A DNA stretch of 64,000 bases. Source: Octopus sinensis (taxonomy: Eukaryota). Shown one piece after another: positions 52,303 to 64,000 of the stretch; the stretch's first letter is position 1; each line of letters opens with the position of its first letter. The stretch is from NCBI RefSeq assembly GCF_006345805.1, contig NC_042999.1, positions 122,512,001-122,576,000 on the forward strand. The letters run 5' to 3'. A program made the translations under genes and the position numbers. The notes below the pieces were generated by a model. The model worked only from the letters and a program-made list of their open reading frames with translations, ran no database searches and was not told the DNA's origin.

Positions 52303-53309
52303 GAAAATTCATCTCTCATGCTCTCTTCTATCTTTACCTTCCTATGTTGCTAACCACCACTCCCTCTCTCCCCTATTACTCACTGTTGACAGCCATACTA
52401 CCCTCTAACTAAGAAATATGTAACTGCCAAGTGTCTCTATCCCACTACCCCTTATAATTTGTCTCTTTTCATTACACCTTACATTAGTGCCTCTCTTCCA
52501 TTACTCTCGCCTCTCCTTCAATTACACCAATGCCAGAGTAATTATCATTGTTTCTCTTGTCTGTGTTTGTTTATTTGTTTCATTCCCACACAACATCTGG
52601 ATTTATAGAAAGGAAAATTTTTATCCATTCACCCATACAATCATGCATTACTGCCTTTCATCACAGAGGTAGCATGGTGGGGAAAAGAGGGTGTGATAGA
52701 AAAAATAAGATTCACAAGCACAAGAGGATGGCAGAGGAGAGGGTAATGGATGAGAGCCTAATACATCAAATGGGATAGAAAATAGTAATAGAAGAGGGCA
52801 AATAGTAAATCATTAAGGAATAGAAGAGTTGGTAATGGAAGCATGAGAAATTGATAGAGGGGTAACTAGAAGAGTGAGAAAAGGAAAATGATGGAAGGTA
52901 GCAGAATGAAAATAGTGTAAGAGAGATAGAAGAGAACTAGCAGAGAAGTGACAAGATACAAAGAGGGTGAAAATAAAATGTGGAAGGTAGCAGCAAGGGT
53001 AAGAGAAAGTGATAAGAGTGGACCAGGGTAAAAATATAGAAAAGCACATAACAGAGAATGCAAGAGAAAGGGAAAGAAGAAAGTCAGGAATAAAAAAGAT
53101 GGCAAGAGAAAGCCATAGAAGAGATACAGGTTGATTAAATTGGGAGTAAATGGAGAGAATCAAAGTGAGTGACGGGAGAAAGAGTATGATAAGGATTCAA
53201 TGACAGAGGAGAAGGCCATGAAGAGAGGACAATGATAGGCTTTGACATGATAGTTGACTATAGGGAGCTTTAATGAGAACATTTTTTATGTTTGTTTTCA
53301 TGTGTACAA

Positions 53310-53725
53310 AAGGTTAGATGGAGAATCCTTTGACATCTTCATAAGGTTCAATGTCTTGAGATCTGTTTTCATCACTTCTCACTTCCTTCTGTGTCCTCCT
53401 TTCATAGGTTCCATCCACTTAAAATGATCGGCACTCCTTTATACAAGTGACATTTTCCTTACATATCACATGTCTATACTAGTGTCTTCCTATGTCATAC
53501 ATCTCTTATATCCAGTTTCACTTTCAGTTTAATTGTGCTTCATTTATTCATGCACACTAACATTATTCATCCAATAGAGCATGGTTCCTTCATTTCTTTC
53601 CAGTTTTTGCGAGGCCAGTACCTTCTTACTGTGCAGCATCATGCTTCAAACACAAGCATTGTACAATCTATACTTCAGTTCAAGAAAGAAGCATTTATTG
53701 TTAGTAGAGGAGTAGTTATCTGAAT
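53310..53725 (-). mobile_element. Decayed RTE LINE fragment
   Basis: Frameshifted minus reading resembles 'RELLPLLT...RLYxACVxSxMLH...LERNE.xML.WM.NVSVHE...KLDIR'. Confidence 0.65.
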
Positions 53726-54127
53726 ATTATGTATATATTTTTTCATTCTGTTTTATGTTCATTTACATATTGAGGCATTGTTATACAGCTAGATGCCCTT
53801 CCTGTCATTAACATTTACTAGTTTTGCAAGTAAGGAATCTTATATGCAACTTATCTTTGATGGCACAAAAACAACACACAATTTCGTAAACTGAAGAAAT
53901 GAAAACTACCTCTCCTTGAAATTCAGTGTAAGAAGCACAAATGTAAAAAACACCCAGACATCCTCTGAGCCCTCACAACCACAAATGTGGACTGGTGTTG
54001 ATAATAATCAGGATCAGCAACAAACCTGTAATTAGGGACATAAGTTACAATTATGTTGTGATCTTAGAATCGAAACTTGAATGATAAAATTGTATTGCAG
54101 AGTGCATCCATTCTCCTATAATATGAT

Positions 54128-54222
54128 ATGTGATGTGACGTGACGTGACGTGATGTGACGTGACGTGAAGTGAAGTGAAGTGAAATGAAGTGAAGTGAAG
54201 TGAAGTGATGTAATGTGATGTG
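54128..54222. repeat. (GTGAN)n pentanucleotide microsatellite
   Basis: Blocks of GTGAC, GTGAA and GTGAT seen directly. Confidence 0.9.
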
Positions 54223-54569
54223 ATAGTATATTATTGTACAGTATAGTACAGTATTGTACAACACAACACAAAACAACATAATTGAGTACATTCAAAGTCA
54301 AAGTACCAGTGTGTTTTAAGAGATGGGAAATGATAGGAAGGAAACAAAATGTTTTCTTTTTGTTTGCACCAAATGAAGTGATATTTATTTATTCTAATTA
54401 TTCCTTCCATTTGTAACTTACAGAACCCACAATAATTTCGTAGTAATTTCGAACTCCATATTTTTTTAAATATTGTAAAACTCCTCATATTCAGCAGAAG
54501 CCTGTAGCATTGTTTAATCTTCTTTCATTTGCTCACATTTGTTTTAGAATACTTGCTCTTAATTTTTCC

Positions 54570-54607
54570 AACACTGAGGCAAAGGGTGAACCCTTTGCCT
54601 CAGTGTT
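54570..54607. repeat. Perfect 18-bp inverted repeat with 2-nt spacer
   Basis: AACACTGAGGCAAAGGGT-GA-ACCCTTTGCCTCAGTGTT. Confidence 0.9.
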
Positions 54608-57336
54608 TTTCTGCTCATCTTTCCACCACAGCTTTCCATTCTATTCATGCAACAGAGGAATGCTGAAAATATTCCGTGCAATAGACAACTTATGTATCAT
54701 TAACTTCTTTAAAACACTATTTATGATTATTTCTTTCGATAAAAAAAAGTTAAATCAATAGTAGTAGATCAGGTGTTAATTTCAATAGAAAATTTAATAT
54801 TAATTAATTAATTTAATTTGTTTTTGTAATACTAGTGAATTACAATGTTTTAAGTGAAGTGTAATATCTCTTACAACATGACATGTTTCTCAAGAAATAT
54901 ATCTTCAATATGATTCAATGAATAAATTTAAATTCATTTTCAAGTTTAGACGATAACAATAGAAAAAGGCACAAATTAATAAAAATAAAATTCAGGACTT
55001 CATCTGATATCAGATTTCAGGTTTTGATCTGATAAAAATATAGTTATACTCCATGATTTTTTTATTGTATGTAATGTTGATGAAGATGATAATGATGAAG
55101 CCACCACCAATGATGCCTACGATGATGCGGAGGACCATGGCTACTGTGACAAATATGATGTTATTTAACATTGAATTCTGGAAGCATCTATTTTTAATAA
55201 TTGCTTTCAAAACTTCATAAATTATTGGGTTTCAGGCTAAGGGTTAGCAAATTTTCTACAACTTTACTGCTCATTTTAGACAGTATTCAATTATCATAAT
55301 TAAATTACTGCTAATTAAAACTAATGATAGATGCCATATTTGTGAGTTGCTTCAATATGTTATCTCATGGCTTAATCATGCTTGAATAAGTTGAGGTAAT
55401 GATATGAGGTTAGAAAGGATGAAAAATGATAACCTAAAGGACTTGGGTTCTGGTTATTGTAAAGAGAATATTTTAAATTGATTTAATGAATAAAGCTAAA
55501 TTTGTCTAAATTTTAAGATGTAAGATAACAATAGAAATGGTTCAGACATATATTTCCATATTGTAGGCCTTAATCAGATATAAACTAATAAGGATGCAAA
55601 AAAAGAACTTGTGATATTTTGTGAAGAACTTTAGATTAACCACTTTAATGCAGACTATTTATATAAAACATTAGTTTGACATAATTCAGATTAATCATAT
55701 ACCATCTACATAAATTAGAATATTTCATAGATAAAATTCTGGGGAAAATATAGCACCTGTTCCTAATAGATAACTAGAGGTAGAAATAATAGAATTTGAT
55801 ATACATTTTGTGTCTGAATAAAAAAATTTAAATGCTGAGTACAAGAATTTGGGGTTGAATATTTAAAATTTAGCTATTTTGTTTCTGTAGAATAAATAAT
55901 ACTTGATTCTGATCTTGAAGCATTAAGAATTATTACTATTTGTTATATGTAAACTATAGCAAACAGAATTATGTATTACACAGAATAAGAGTAAAATGAG
56001 TTTTTGTTTTCCTTTGATCCTTGTGATAGTCTTAATGATTAACAAAACTGTTATATTTATCAAAAACGTTAAAGAGTTTTTTTTATCAAAAGAAATAATA
56101 ATTATAAATACTGTTTTAAAGAAGTTAAACGTTGTCTTTTGTGAAAAGATTCATTGAAATACTACTTAAAAGCCTTTATCAAATAAAAGATGATGTTTAG
56201 TTTATTTATCAAATTGTGTTCATTTTAATCCTTGAACAAAATATTTATCAAATCCTTTATCAAAATATTTCATTTGATATTAGATGAGTTCTCTTTCTTG
56301 GACTTTTTACTTCGATGTAAGCTTTCGCTTTTGCTTAAAATATGAGAGACTTTATTTAGAAACTTAATATATAAATGCATTTCTAAATAAATGTATTTCT
56401 TGATTTTATTAAACAGAAACATATAAAAAAAGTGTTTTAATACATTCTATTAGATTAACAATTAGTAGTTAATTACACGTGGAAATGCTTAAGCCTATAT
56501 AAGTAGGAGCTAAATAATATAAGCAATAAGCGTTAAATGAATCTCAATTATTTAAGCAAGTGTAACTAATATAGAGTTTTAATTTAAGCTTTTCCTTTAG
56601 TAATGCTGTGATAACAGAATGATTCTACTTCTTGTAGATTTTACTCCATCATAAATGCAAAAATGTGAATTAGAATGAGAGTCATAGAAGAAAAACATTG
56701 CTATGACTAATTATTTTGCTAAATTTTCTGAAAATATATTTAGTGGAGGATCAGATAAACCGAAAGTAATAAAAACAAATGATGATGGAAGATGACAAAA
56801 GCATAAGTTGGCAAAGGGTCAAGTATCAAACGTGTCATGAATCATTGCTTATGGTTCACATTTGACATTACAAGTGGAAATCAAAAATTAAAGAGCAATG
56901 AAAAGAGGATATTGAGGAAATCAGTTATGTAATCTGAAAGTAGAAAGGTTTTTTAAAATTATTTCAAGATTTAAAAAGCTTAATAACATAAATGTTGGAT
57001 ACTATTATTAGTTTGAATGAACATTTGAAAGATGTAAAAATATGACGAGAATTAAAGATATAAAGTAAAAAAAACACTGTTTATTGAAGGCAGGATTTAT
57101 ATTATTAAATGTGAAAGGCCAAAGAAATTTAGCGTGAAATGAAATAAAAAAAAAAACAAACAATATGAATATTGCAAAAGATTAAACGTGATAAATAGCT
57201 GCATGAGCCAATGAAAACTTCTGATAATCTTTCATCTTCATCCTTTGTTAAAACTTTATAACAAAATTTGCTACTAAAATACTATTTAATAATATTTATA
57301 ATGCAAATATTAACACATTTATAAAACTATAATATA

Positions 57337-57337
57337 A

Positions 57338-57405
<68 letters not shown>

Positions 57406-57788
57406 GTATGTATGTGTACATATGTATATATATATGTATATATATATGTATGTATGTGTACATATGTATATATATATATATATATATGTATGTATATATA
57501 TATATGTGTGTATGTATGTATATATATATATATATATATATGAATGTATATATATATATACAATATATATGCATCAATTTATAATATAATCCACACACAT
57601 ATATATGTATATATATATATAATATATATATGAATGTATATATATATATTACAATATATATGCATCAATTTATAATATAATCCACACACATATATATGTA
57701 TATATATATATAATATATATATGAATGTATATATATATATTGCAATATATATGCATCAATTTATATAATCCACACACACATATATATG

Positions 57789-57855
<67 letters not shown>
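57337..57855. repeat. Large (TA)n-based tract containing three ~90-bp higher-order units
   Basis: 'gaatgta...caatatatatgcatcaatttata...atccacacaca' recurs at 57542, 57632 and 57723. Confidence 0.9.
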
Positions 57856-57856
<1 letters not shown>

Positions 57857-59894
57857 CCTGTTTAGAAAGTAGCTCCAGCTTGTAATATAATTAACAGAGT
57901 ATATTCATCTTTTTATATCTTTTGAGGCTTACAGAAATTTTCTCCAAACAAAAAAATGAGAAACATTAATAATATTAACTGTTATATCACATGACTGATA
58001 AAAGTAACACTAGTTCTAAAAAATATATAATCATAATATTTTAGCCATTGGTTTGACAGCAATTATTGATATTCATGTCTGTGGTATATTTCTTACCCCT
58101 GTAAAGATAATATTTTTTTCTTTGATCTATGTTTTCTTTTGTGTGTTTTTCTTATAATTTATTAGCTATTTCTCTTTTTGAAAAAATACTACACTAAGAA
58201 TTTAAGCTTTATAAAATGCAATGGAATGTTTATGCCCCAATAGTCCTTTCTATTGCACATTTCAAGTTGAACAGTTTATGCCATAGTGGCAAAGTTTATG
58301 GTTGAAGGACCACATCACACAGTGATTTTATCTTATCTTTGTAAACAGCAACAGAAAAGAAGTGAAATTCTTCTGTAACAGAAAAATAGCAAATATCATT
58401 ACATCTTGTCTGGTGTCTGTGTGCAGGAATAAAAATATGCAACTTATTCCCAGGCTGTTAGAAATGAAAATTTGCCAGTCTCTCCTGTTGACTCTAGAAA
58501 TATAAGTATTCTGATGAAGTTAACTATGTGTTGACTAAACTGACCTTTTCAGCTAAATATTTTTATTACTTTGCTTGAATGTAGATATTTCCCTATTTTA
58601 AGTTGGTTTCATATACCACAAAAATTGAGTATTCAGAAATATTCATTCATTTAGTTATAAACTATGGACCAAGTAGAAAATATCAGGACTATCAAATGAT
58701 TCAGTCTGATTGAATGTATGTGCTTTCATTTAATTCACATGAACATAGAAATGATTATTTTCTGAAATTCTGCCTGAAAATCAGCCCCTGAACCCATCCT
58801 ATATCACCTGCTTTCTTTATTGCTCCACAATTCCTTCCATTCAAATCTAATTCTTGCATTGTCTTCATGAACTTAGATCATCAGTCAGAACTGACGACTA
58901 TCTGGGATAATACTACTTTACCATGCACATTTCTTCATAATTCAGGAAGATGGTGATTGCATTCACAAAAACAATTTTTTGCTAAATTAGATTTGCCTTT
59001 TAGTTGGAGAAGGAAAACAAAAACTGAATAGCAATTTTCAGTTATTCTCAAAGGAAACATATTTCATGAAGTTAAAAATTTGACAGAAAATGAGTTTTCA
59101 TATCCAAAGGACTTAGTGCCTAAATAACAACTACATGCATGGTTTTGTCTTATTAGACCTCATGAGCAAAGCAATGGATACTCTCAATTCTTCATAGTTG
59201 TCCCCATCTAATTACAGAAAATTAGCTAGAACACAAGAACACAAGACAAAGTCTTTTCAATAAAGTCAGCTGATTATCTCACTTCATATTCATAAAATAC
59301 ATGATGCATGAAACATTATTTAAAACCCTCTTATTATCTAGTCTTCCTTATTTTATTAAATTATTCAGCAACACTACTTTTGAGTCTCTTTGCCACTGCA
59401 TTTATCTAAGCTAATTTATCAATTACATTACCAAAATGCCACTTTTATAAAAGAGTTCACATGAATCATTTTTGCTCTATTCCAGAGATTGTTTTGTTGT
59501 CTTGTGTTGGTATTTAGTGTTTCAACTAAGCACCATGTAGAATATGTGGTATGTGAATTGTGTTATTTTGTTTGTTGCAGATTAGAGTTGGTATGTGCTG
59601 TGTGAATTGTTGATATGAGGGATGTATTATAGTATTGACAAATGATTATATAAGGGTGTTTGCTATGTTATTTTGTTGTAGGGGTGGATGTTAGACTATG
59701 TACTGTGTGGTTGTGCTATGCTATCAGATGATAGATTGCACTTTTTTAGTTACATTAATGCATTTACTGATGATTATATGAAGTATGTGTTGTGTAAATC
59801 ATTCTGTAGAAATGAAAGTTCCTTAAGTCGGGGGGGGGGGGGGCATATTTTAAAAACCGTTTGTAAGTCCTGGAGTAAAGTCATTATAAGTTAT

Positions 59895-60480
59895 GGAGTA
59901 AAGATTGTTTGTCAACATAACATGGCAGTCCTGGTTTAGGAAGAATGTTGCTGTAATTTAGCCCCAGGAGACATCGTCTCCAGCTGGCTATATAACATGA
60001 TGTGTCCTTTTATTTTCAAACAAGAGAATCTAGGACTGCATTATTATGTTGGCAACAATCTTTACTCCAAAGTACAGTTGCTGAATATCTCTCATGGTGA
60101 GATTTACAAATAGTAATTTTCTAATGTATAGGTCAGTGACTAGCTGTCACTTTGAAAACTATATATTTCGAACGGGAATTTGGCAGCGCCACCCCTAGCT
60201 GAACAATTATTCTGTGCTGATGAAGGGAAATAACCAAGAAATTGGGATACACAGATATTGTTTTGAGCTTAGTGGGGATGTTAGATTCCCTTGTTTGAAA
60301 ATATAAGGACACAGATCATGTCGTATAGCCAGCTGGAGACGATTCTCCTGGAGCTATATTACAGCAACATTCATCCTAAACCAGGACTGCCATGTTATGT
60401 TGGCAAACAATCTCCAAAGTACTGTTACTGAATATTTCTCATTGTGAGATTTACAAATAGTAATTTTCTAAGTTATAAGT
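59895..60480 (+). mobile_element. PLE-type cassette: inverted repeat plus ~351-bp direct repeat, with HHR-like motif at 60211-60255
   Basis: Arm 59895-60030 is inverted against ~60286-60413. 'aggactgc..ttatgttggcaa..caatct..ccaaagtac..gagatttacaaatagtaattttcta' occurs at 60032 and 60383. Confidence 0.7.
60211..60255 (+). ncRNA. Type I HHR-like motif (stems II and III decayed)
   Basis: TCTGTG-CTGATGA-AGGGAAATAACCAA-GAAA-TTGGGA-TA-CACAGA. Confidence 0.5.
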
Positions 60481-60789
60481 CCTGATATGTATGTTTTTTA
60501 TTTTGTTCTTTAACGTACATAGATTACTAACTGTTATTGGTACTGTTTTTAATTTCTTATTCCTTGTCCTACTTATTTCCGTTTCAATCTCTTTTGATAG
60601 TTTCTCAACTTCCTTCATGACAATATTTTATTCAATGTACTTAGATATTCATGCTTGTCTTCAATAATTATATTTAGACATTTTCCTTATCTCTTTATTA
60701 GTTTAGACCATCACGTTCCAGATTGTTATAACTCGATCACTATCATGTAATATGTTTGAAACATGTCAGTCTACCTCAAAGGTTTCATA

Positions 60790-61000
60790 CTGGTTCCAAA
60801 TTTTGGCACAAGACCAACAAGTTGAGTGTTAGGTCGATTACTTCAACCCTAATGATCAACTAGTACTTATTTTATTGAACCCGAAAGGACGAGAGGAAAA
60901 GTTGGCCATGGCGACATTTGAATCTCAGAACATAAAGATGGATGAAATACCACTAAGCATTTTTCCAATCTGGTAACAATTCTGTCTGCTCACCACCTTA
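60790..61000 (-). mobile_element. Family B SINE
   Basis: 'ggttccaaattttggcacaag...ctcagaacataaagatggatgaaataccactaagcatttt...gctcaccacct'. Confidence 0.7.
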
Positions 61001-61419
61001 AAGGCTTTTGTATTGCTATATCAGCATATAACCTAATGGTCATTGCTGACAACTTGATAGCTATGGATATATTTTGATTTTGTTAGAACTAAGTCACTAG
61101 ATATCATATATTCAATTGTATATTGTTATTTGAGCTTTCAGTGAGTAGATAACAGATCCACAGCAACCAGTTTCAGATCTTTCACTTCTATATTTAAACC
61201 ATTATAGGCATTCTGTCTAAGTTATTTCCTCTTTCAAATCATGCAGGACATTAACTATGTAGTAGTTTTTCTTTTACCACACTTTTTCTGTGGTATATAT
61301 TAAAATTCCATTGTGATTCTATGAATGTATGTTAATATGTGTATGCATGTATGTATGTTTGCACATGTACACACACACACATATTTATATATATATTATA
61401 TATATTATATATATATTAG

Positions 61420-61480
<61 letters not shown>

Positions 61481-61495
61481 TTATTATATAGAAGG

Positions 61496-61546
61496 AGCTT
61501 CTACAGGACTAGAACTGTTTCATTCAAGAGAAATCATCAGGAAGCT
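61496..61546 (-). ncRNA. Type I hammerhead ribozyme motif, core intact
   Basis: Exact reverse complement of 61571-61621. Confidence 0.75.
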
Positions 61547-61570
61547 AGTTAACATGAATTCTTGTTAACT

Positions 61571-61621
61571 AGCTTCCTGATGATTTCTCTTGAATGAAAC
61601 AGTTCTAGTCCTGTAGAAGCT
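61571..61621 (+). ncRNA. Type I hammerhead ribozyme motif, core intact; predicted GUA cleavage after 61615
   Basis: AGCTTC-CTGATGA-T-TTC(TCTT)GAA-T-GAAA-CAG(TTCTAGTC)CTG-TA-GAAGCT. Confidence 0.75.
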
Positions 61622-62149
61622 CCTTCTATATAATAAATTAATTTTACTCTGCTATGTATTGAGTACCTTATTTACTGTGGTTAACCCCAAATCAACCCGG
61701 GACCTACATATATATATATGTATGTATATACGAACACACATAATTTTTTTGTTTTTGTCTGTCTAATTTTTTTCTGCAGTGTCTATGAGTACATGTATGA
61801 ATGTGTGTGTATGTATATATATATATATTAGTTTATAAATTCTTTGCTTGGTTTGTCCTTATCTAAAAATTTTTCTTCACCATAGTTACTTTCTTGTCTA
61901 TATTTTATTGATTACTTTTATATAATGAAAGCGATTTTTCCTTTGTTCATATTCCCATATCACACTAAACAGTTTCTCTTTTATTTTCAATATGTCTTCT
62001 TAGATCAAATCATTTAGAAAACAAATTTCAAAAATGGATTGTTTTAATTTGTCTTACTAAATTTTGTATCACCATAATATTAAAAATTAATACCCACCCC
62101 AACACATCCACTGTTCACATTGTAAAATGATTGTTTCAATGAGCATAGA

Positions 62150-62300
62150 AAGTGTAAGGTTATGTGGTCCGTCACTCCAAGGACTGTTCAACCTCCCAGC
62201 GTTGGTGCCATTAGAAAATGCACCCAATACATTCTGTAAAGTAATTGACATTAGGGAGGGCATCCAGCTGTAGAAATTTAGCCATACAAATGGCACATAC
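62150..62300 (+). mobile_element. RTE-type 3' end, decayed
   Basis: 'ttagggagggcatccagctgtagaaa'. Confidence 0.5.
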
Positions 62301-63229
62301 AAGTATCCTGTCTTTGGTAGCTGTAGATCTCAATGGAAGGTAGCTGAGATCATAACATCCCATCTAATTTATACCAACATAGAAAATTATTGTGATGATT
62401 AGCTTTAAATTTATTCTAAATGTTTGGTAATATTTCCTTTTCCCTTTATGAGTCATTAAGGATTCTTTGTGTTCTTTCTCTAACCAAAAGGAAAATTTCA
62501 GCTGATTAAAAAACTTTCTCATTCATCATTATGTACATCAACATCTACATGATTTATATAAAATAGCTTAATTGTTTAAAATCTGAATTTTATTTTTCAA
62601 GGCAACTTTGGAGAAAATATATTAGTAACCATAATAGGATTATAAAAATTATATAGATAAGGACACTCACTTGAAGAGATAAGAACGAATGTATATATTG
62701 TAGCATTGGAATGAAATAAGGTGTTTTTTCAGACAGGGTTCTTCACACACACACAAAATGTACATGTATACAGGAAAATTATTCTAGAGACTTTTCTAAA
62801 TAAACATGTCCTTCACCTGAAAAAAAAATCTAAATTACCTTCTCAAAAAGTGAAGTGGCCATCTTTTAAAGACATGGAATTTAGTCAATAATTTTTAAAG
62901 TATATATATATATCCAAGAATGATTGACAAAAATCATTGTTCGCTAACTCCACCTACAAACATTTGTTTGAATATTAAGCTATAACCTACTTTTTAGCCA
63001 ATCAAATTCATGTTTGAAAGAAAATCTTTTTTATATAATTGCTTCATTTTCTCTCAAAATTTTTTCTATCTATTTTCCAAATGAAATAGATGACAGTGCT
63101 AAAATTTTTAAAAACGCCATATCAATTCATATTTTCATTGATGTTAAGTGAAGATTATTTAAATATTCAAAAGAAAATTGGAATAATTTTGTTGTTTTTT
63201 AGTAGTTATTTTCCTAAAGTATATAGTCA

Positions 63230-63390
63230 CAAGCATAGCTGGATGATTGAGATGTTTGCTTCCTAACCACATGATTTCAGCTCGGTCCCACTACATAGCA
63301 TCTTGAGCAAGTGTCTTCTGCTATAGTCTTGAACCAACCAAAATCTTGAGAGTAGATTTGATAGACAGAAACTGCAACAGGCCAATTGTA
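63230..63390 (+). mobile_element. Family A SINE head
   Basis: 'ctaaccacatgatttcagctcggtcccactacatagcatcttgagcaagtgtcttctgctatag'. Confidence 0.65.
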
Positions 63391-63700
63391 GATATATGGG
63401 TGTTTGTATATAATTATATGCATACATACATGCATATATAATTATATGTGTACATACATACACACATGTATGTATATATGTATTAATGTTTGTTTTTATG
63501 ATATACTAAAAACAATTTTACATTAAATTAAAGGATTAATCAAAACATTTTGTCAAGTACACATTTAGTATTCTTTAGCAAGAATATTTTTGACAGGGAC
63601 TTCAAAGTTTCAGTCAGCTAATCCACTACTAGACTTCCGCTTTTGAGTTAGCTGAGCAAAACTTTTAAGTCACTGTCAATGCTATTCTTGTCAAAGAATA

Positions 63701-63753
<53 letters not shown>

Positions 63754-64000
63754 ATGGATGGAGGTGGAAATAGCACAAAAGTAAATCTGAGACATTTCAG
63801 TTTAAGAAGCAATGTAATAACACGGTTTAATATATTATATAAAGAAAATATTACTGGTTTCGATGATGAATCTCATCTTATCAAATATCAGTATATATAT
63901 ATATACACTTATGCATAGCCATGCATACATGTGCAGTAATATTAAAATGCAGAATTTTATTTCCTAATGGAAACAAGAATTGAAAAGGTTGTCAACTTTG

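Larger units (their letters stand above)
61479..61708 (+). mobile_element. Young PLE-type stub: 160-bp palindrome (61479-61638) plus 3' extension, between (TA)n tracts
   Basis: 76-bp arms are exact reverse complements; centre tGAATTCt. Confidence 0.85.

Noticed and set aside
52813-53163. 116-aa F/L/S-rich minus-strand ORF
   Set aside because: Antisense reading of a purine-rich tract
55070-55170. Acidic peptide NVDEDDNDEATTNDAYDD
   Set aside because: Decayed (GAT)n repeat with no convincing splice sites
59830-59843. G14 homopolymer (possible G-quadruplex)
   Set aside because: Isolated run of uncertain length; no further evidence

Overview
AT-rich, repeat-dense animal genomic DNA. The SINE, RTE and microsatellite repertoire looks like an Octopus (coleoid cephalopod) genome; this is an inference from repeat character, not a database match. 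I found no complete or nameable protein-coding gene. Most ORFs in the track are (TA)n/(CA)n artefacts or transposon remnants, and the window is probably intronic or intergenic, with a few weak exon candidates. Recognisable content: many tRNA-headed SINEs; RTE-type LINE fragments and their (GAT)n-tailed 3' ends; decayed DNA transposons (Tc1/mariner DD37D-like, pogo/Tigger, hAT); and two Penelope-like element (PLE) coding fragments (RT and C-terminal endonuclease region). The main signal is a high density of type I hammerhead-ribozyme (HHR) motifs from several unrelated PLE-type terminal-repeat families. Three families occur as palindromic cassettes with two divergent HHRs (3.3, 49 and 61.5 kb), and a fourth as an inverted-plus-tandem repeat cassette (60 kb); many of the stubs sit in or beside (TA)n tracts. 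The 61.5 kb cassette is a 160-bp near-perfect palindrome whose two HHRs keep every catalytic core nucleotide. All folds were worked out by eye, and the edges of decayed repeats are approximate.
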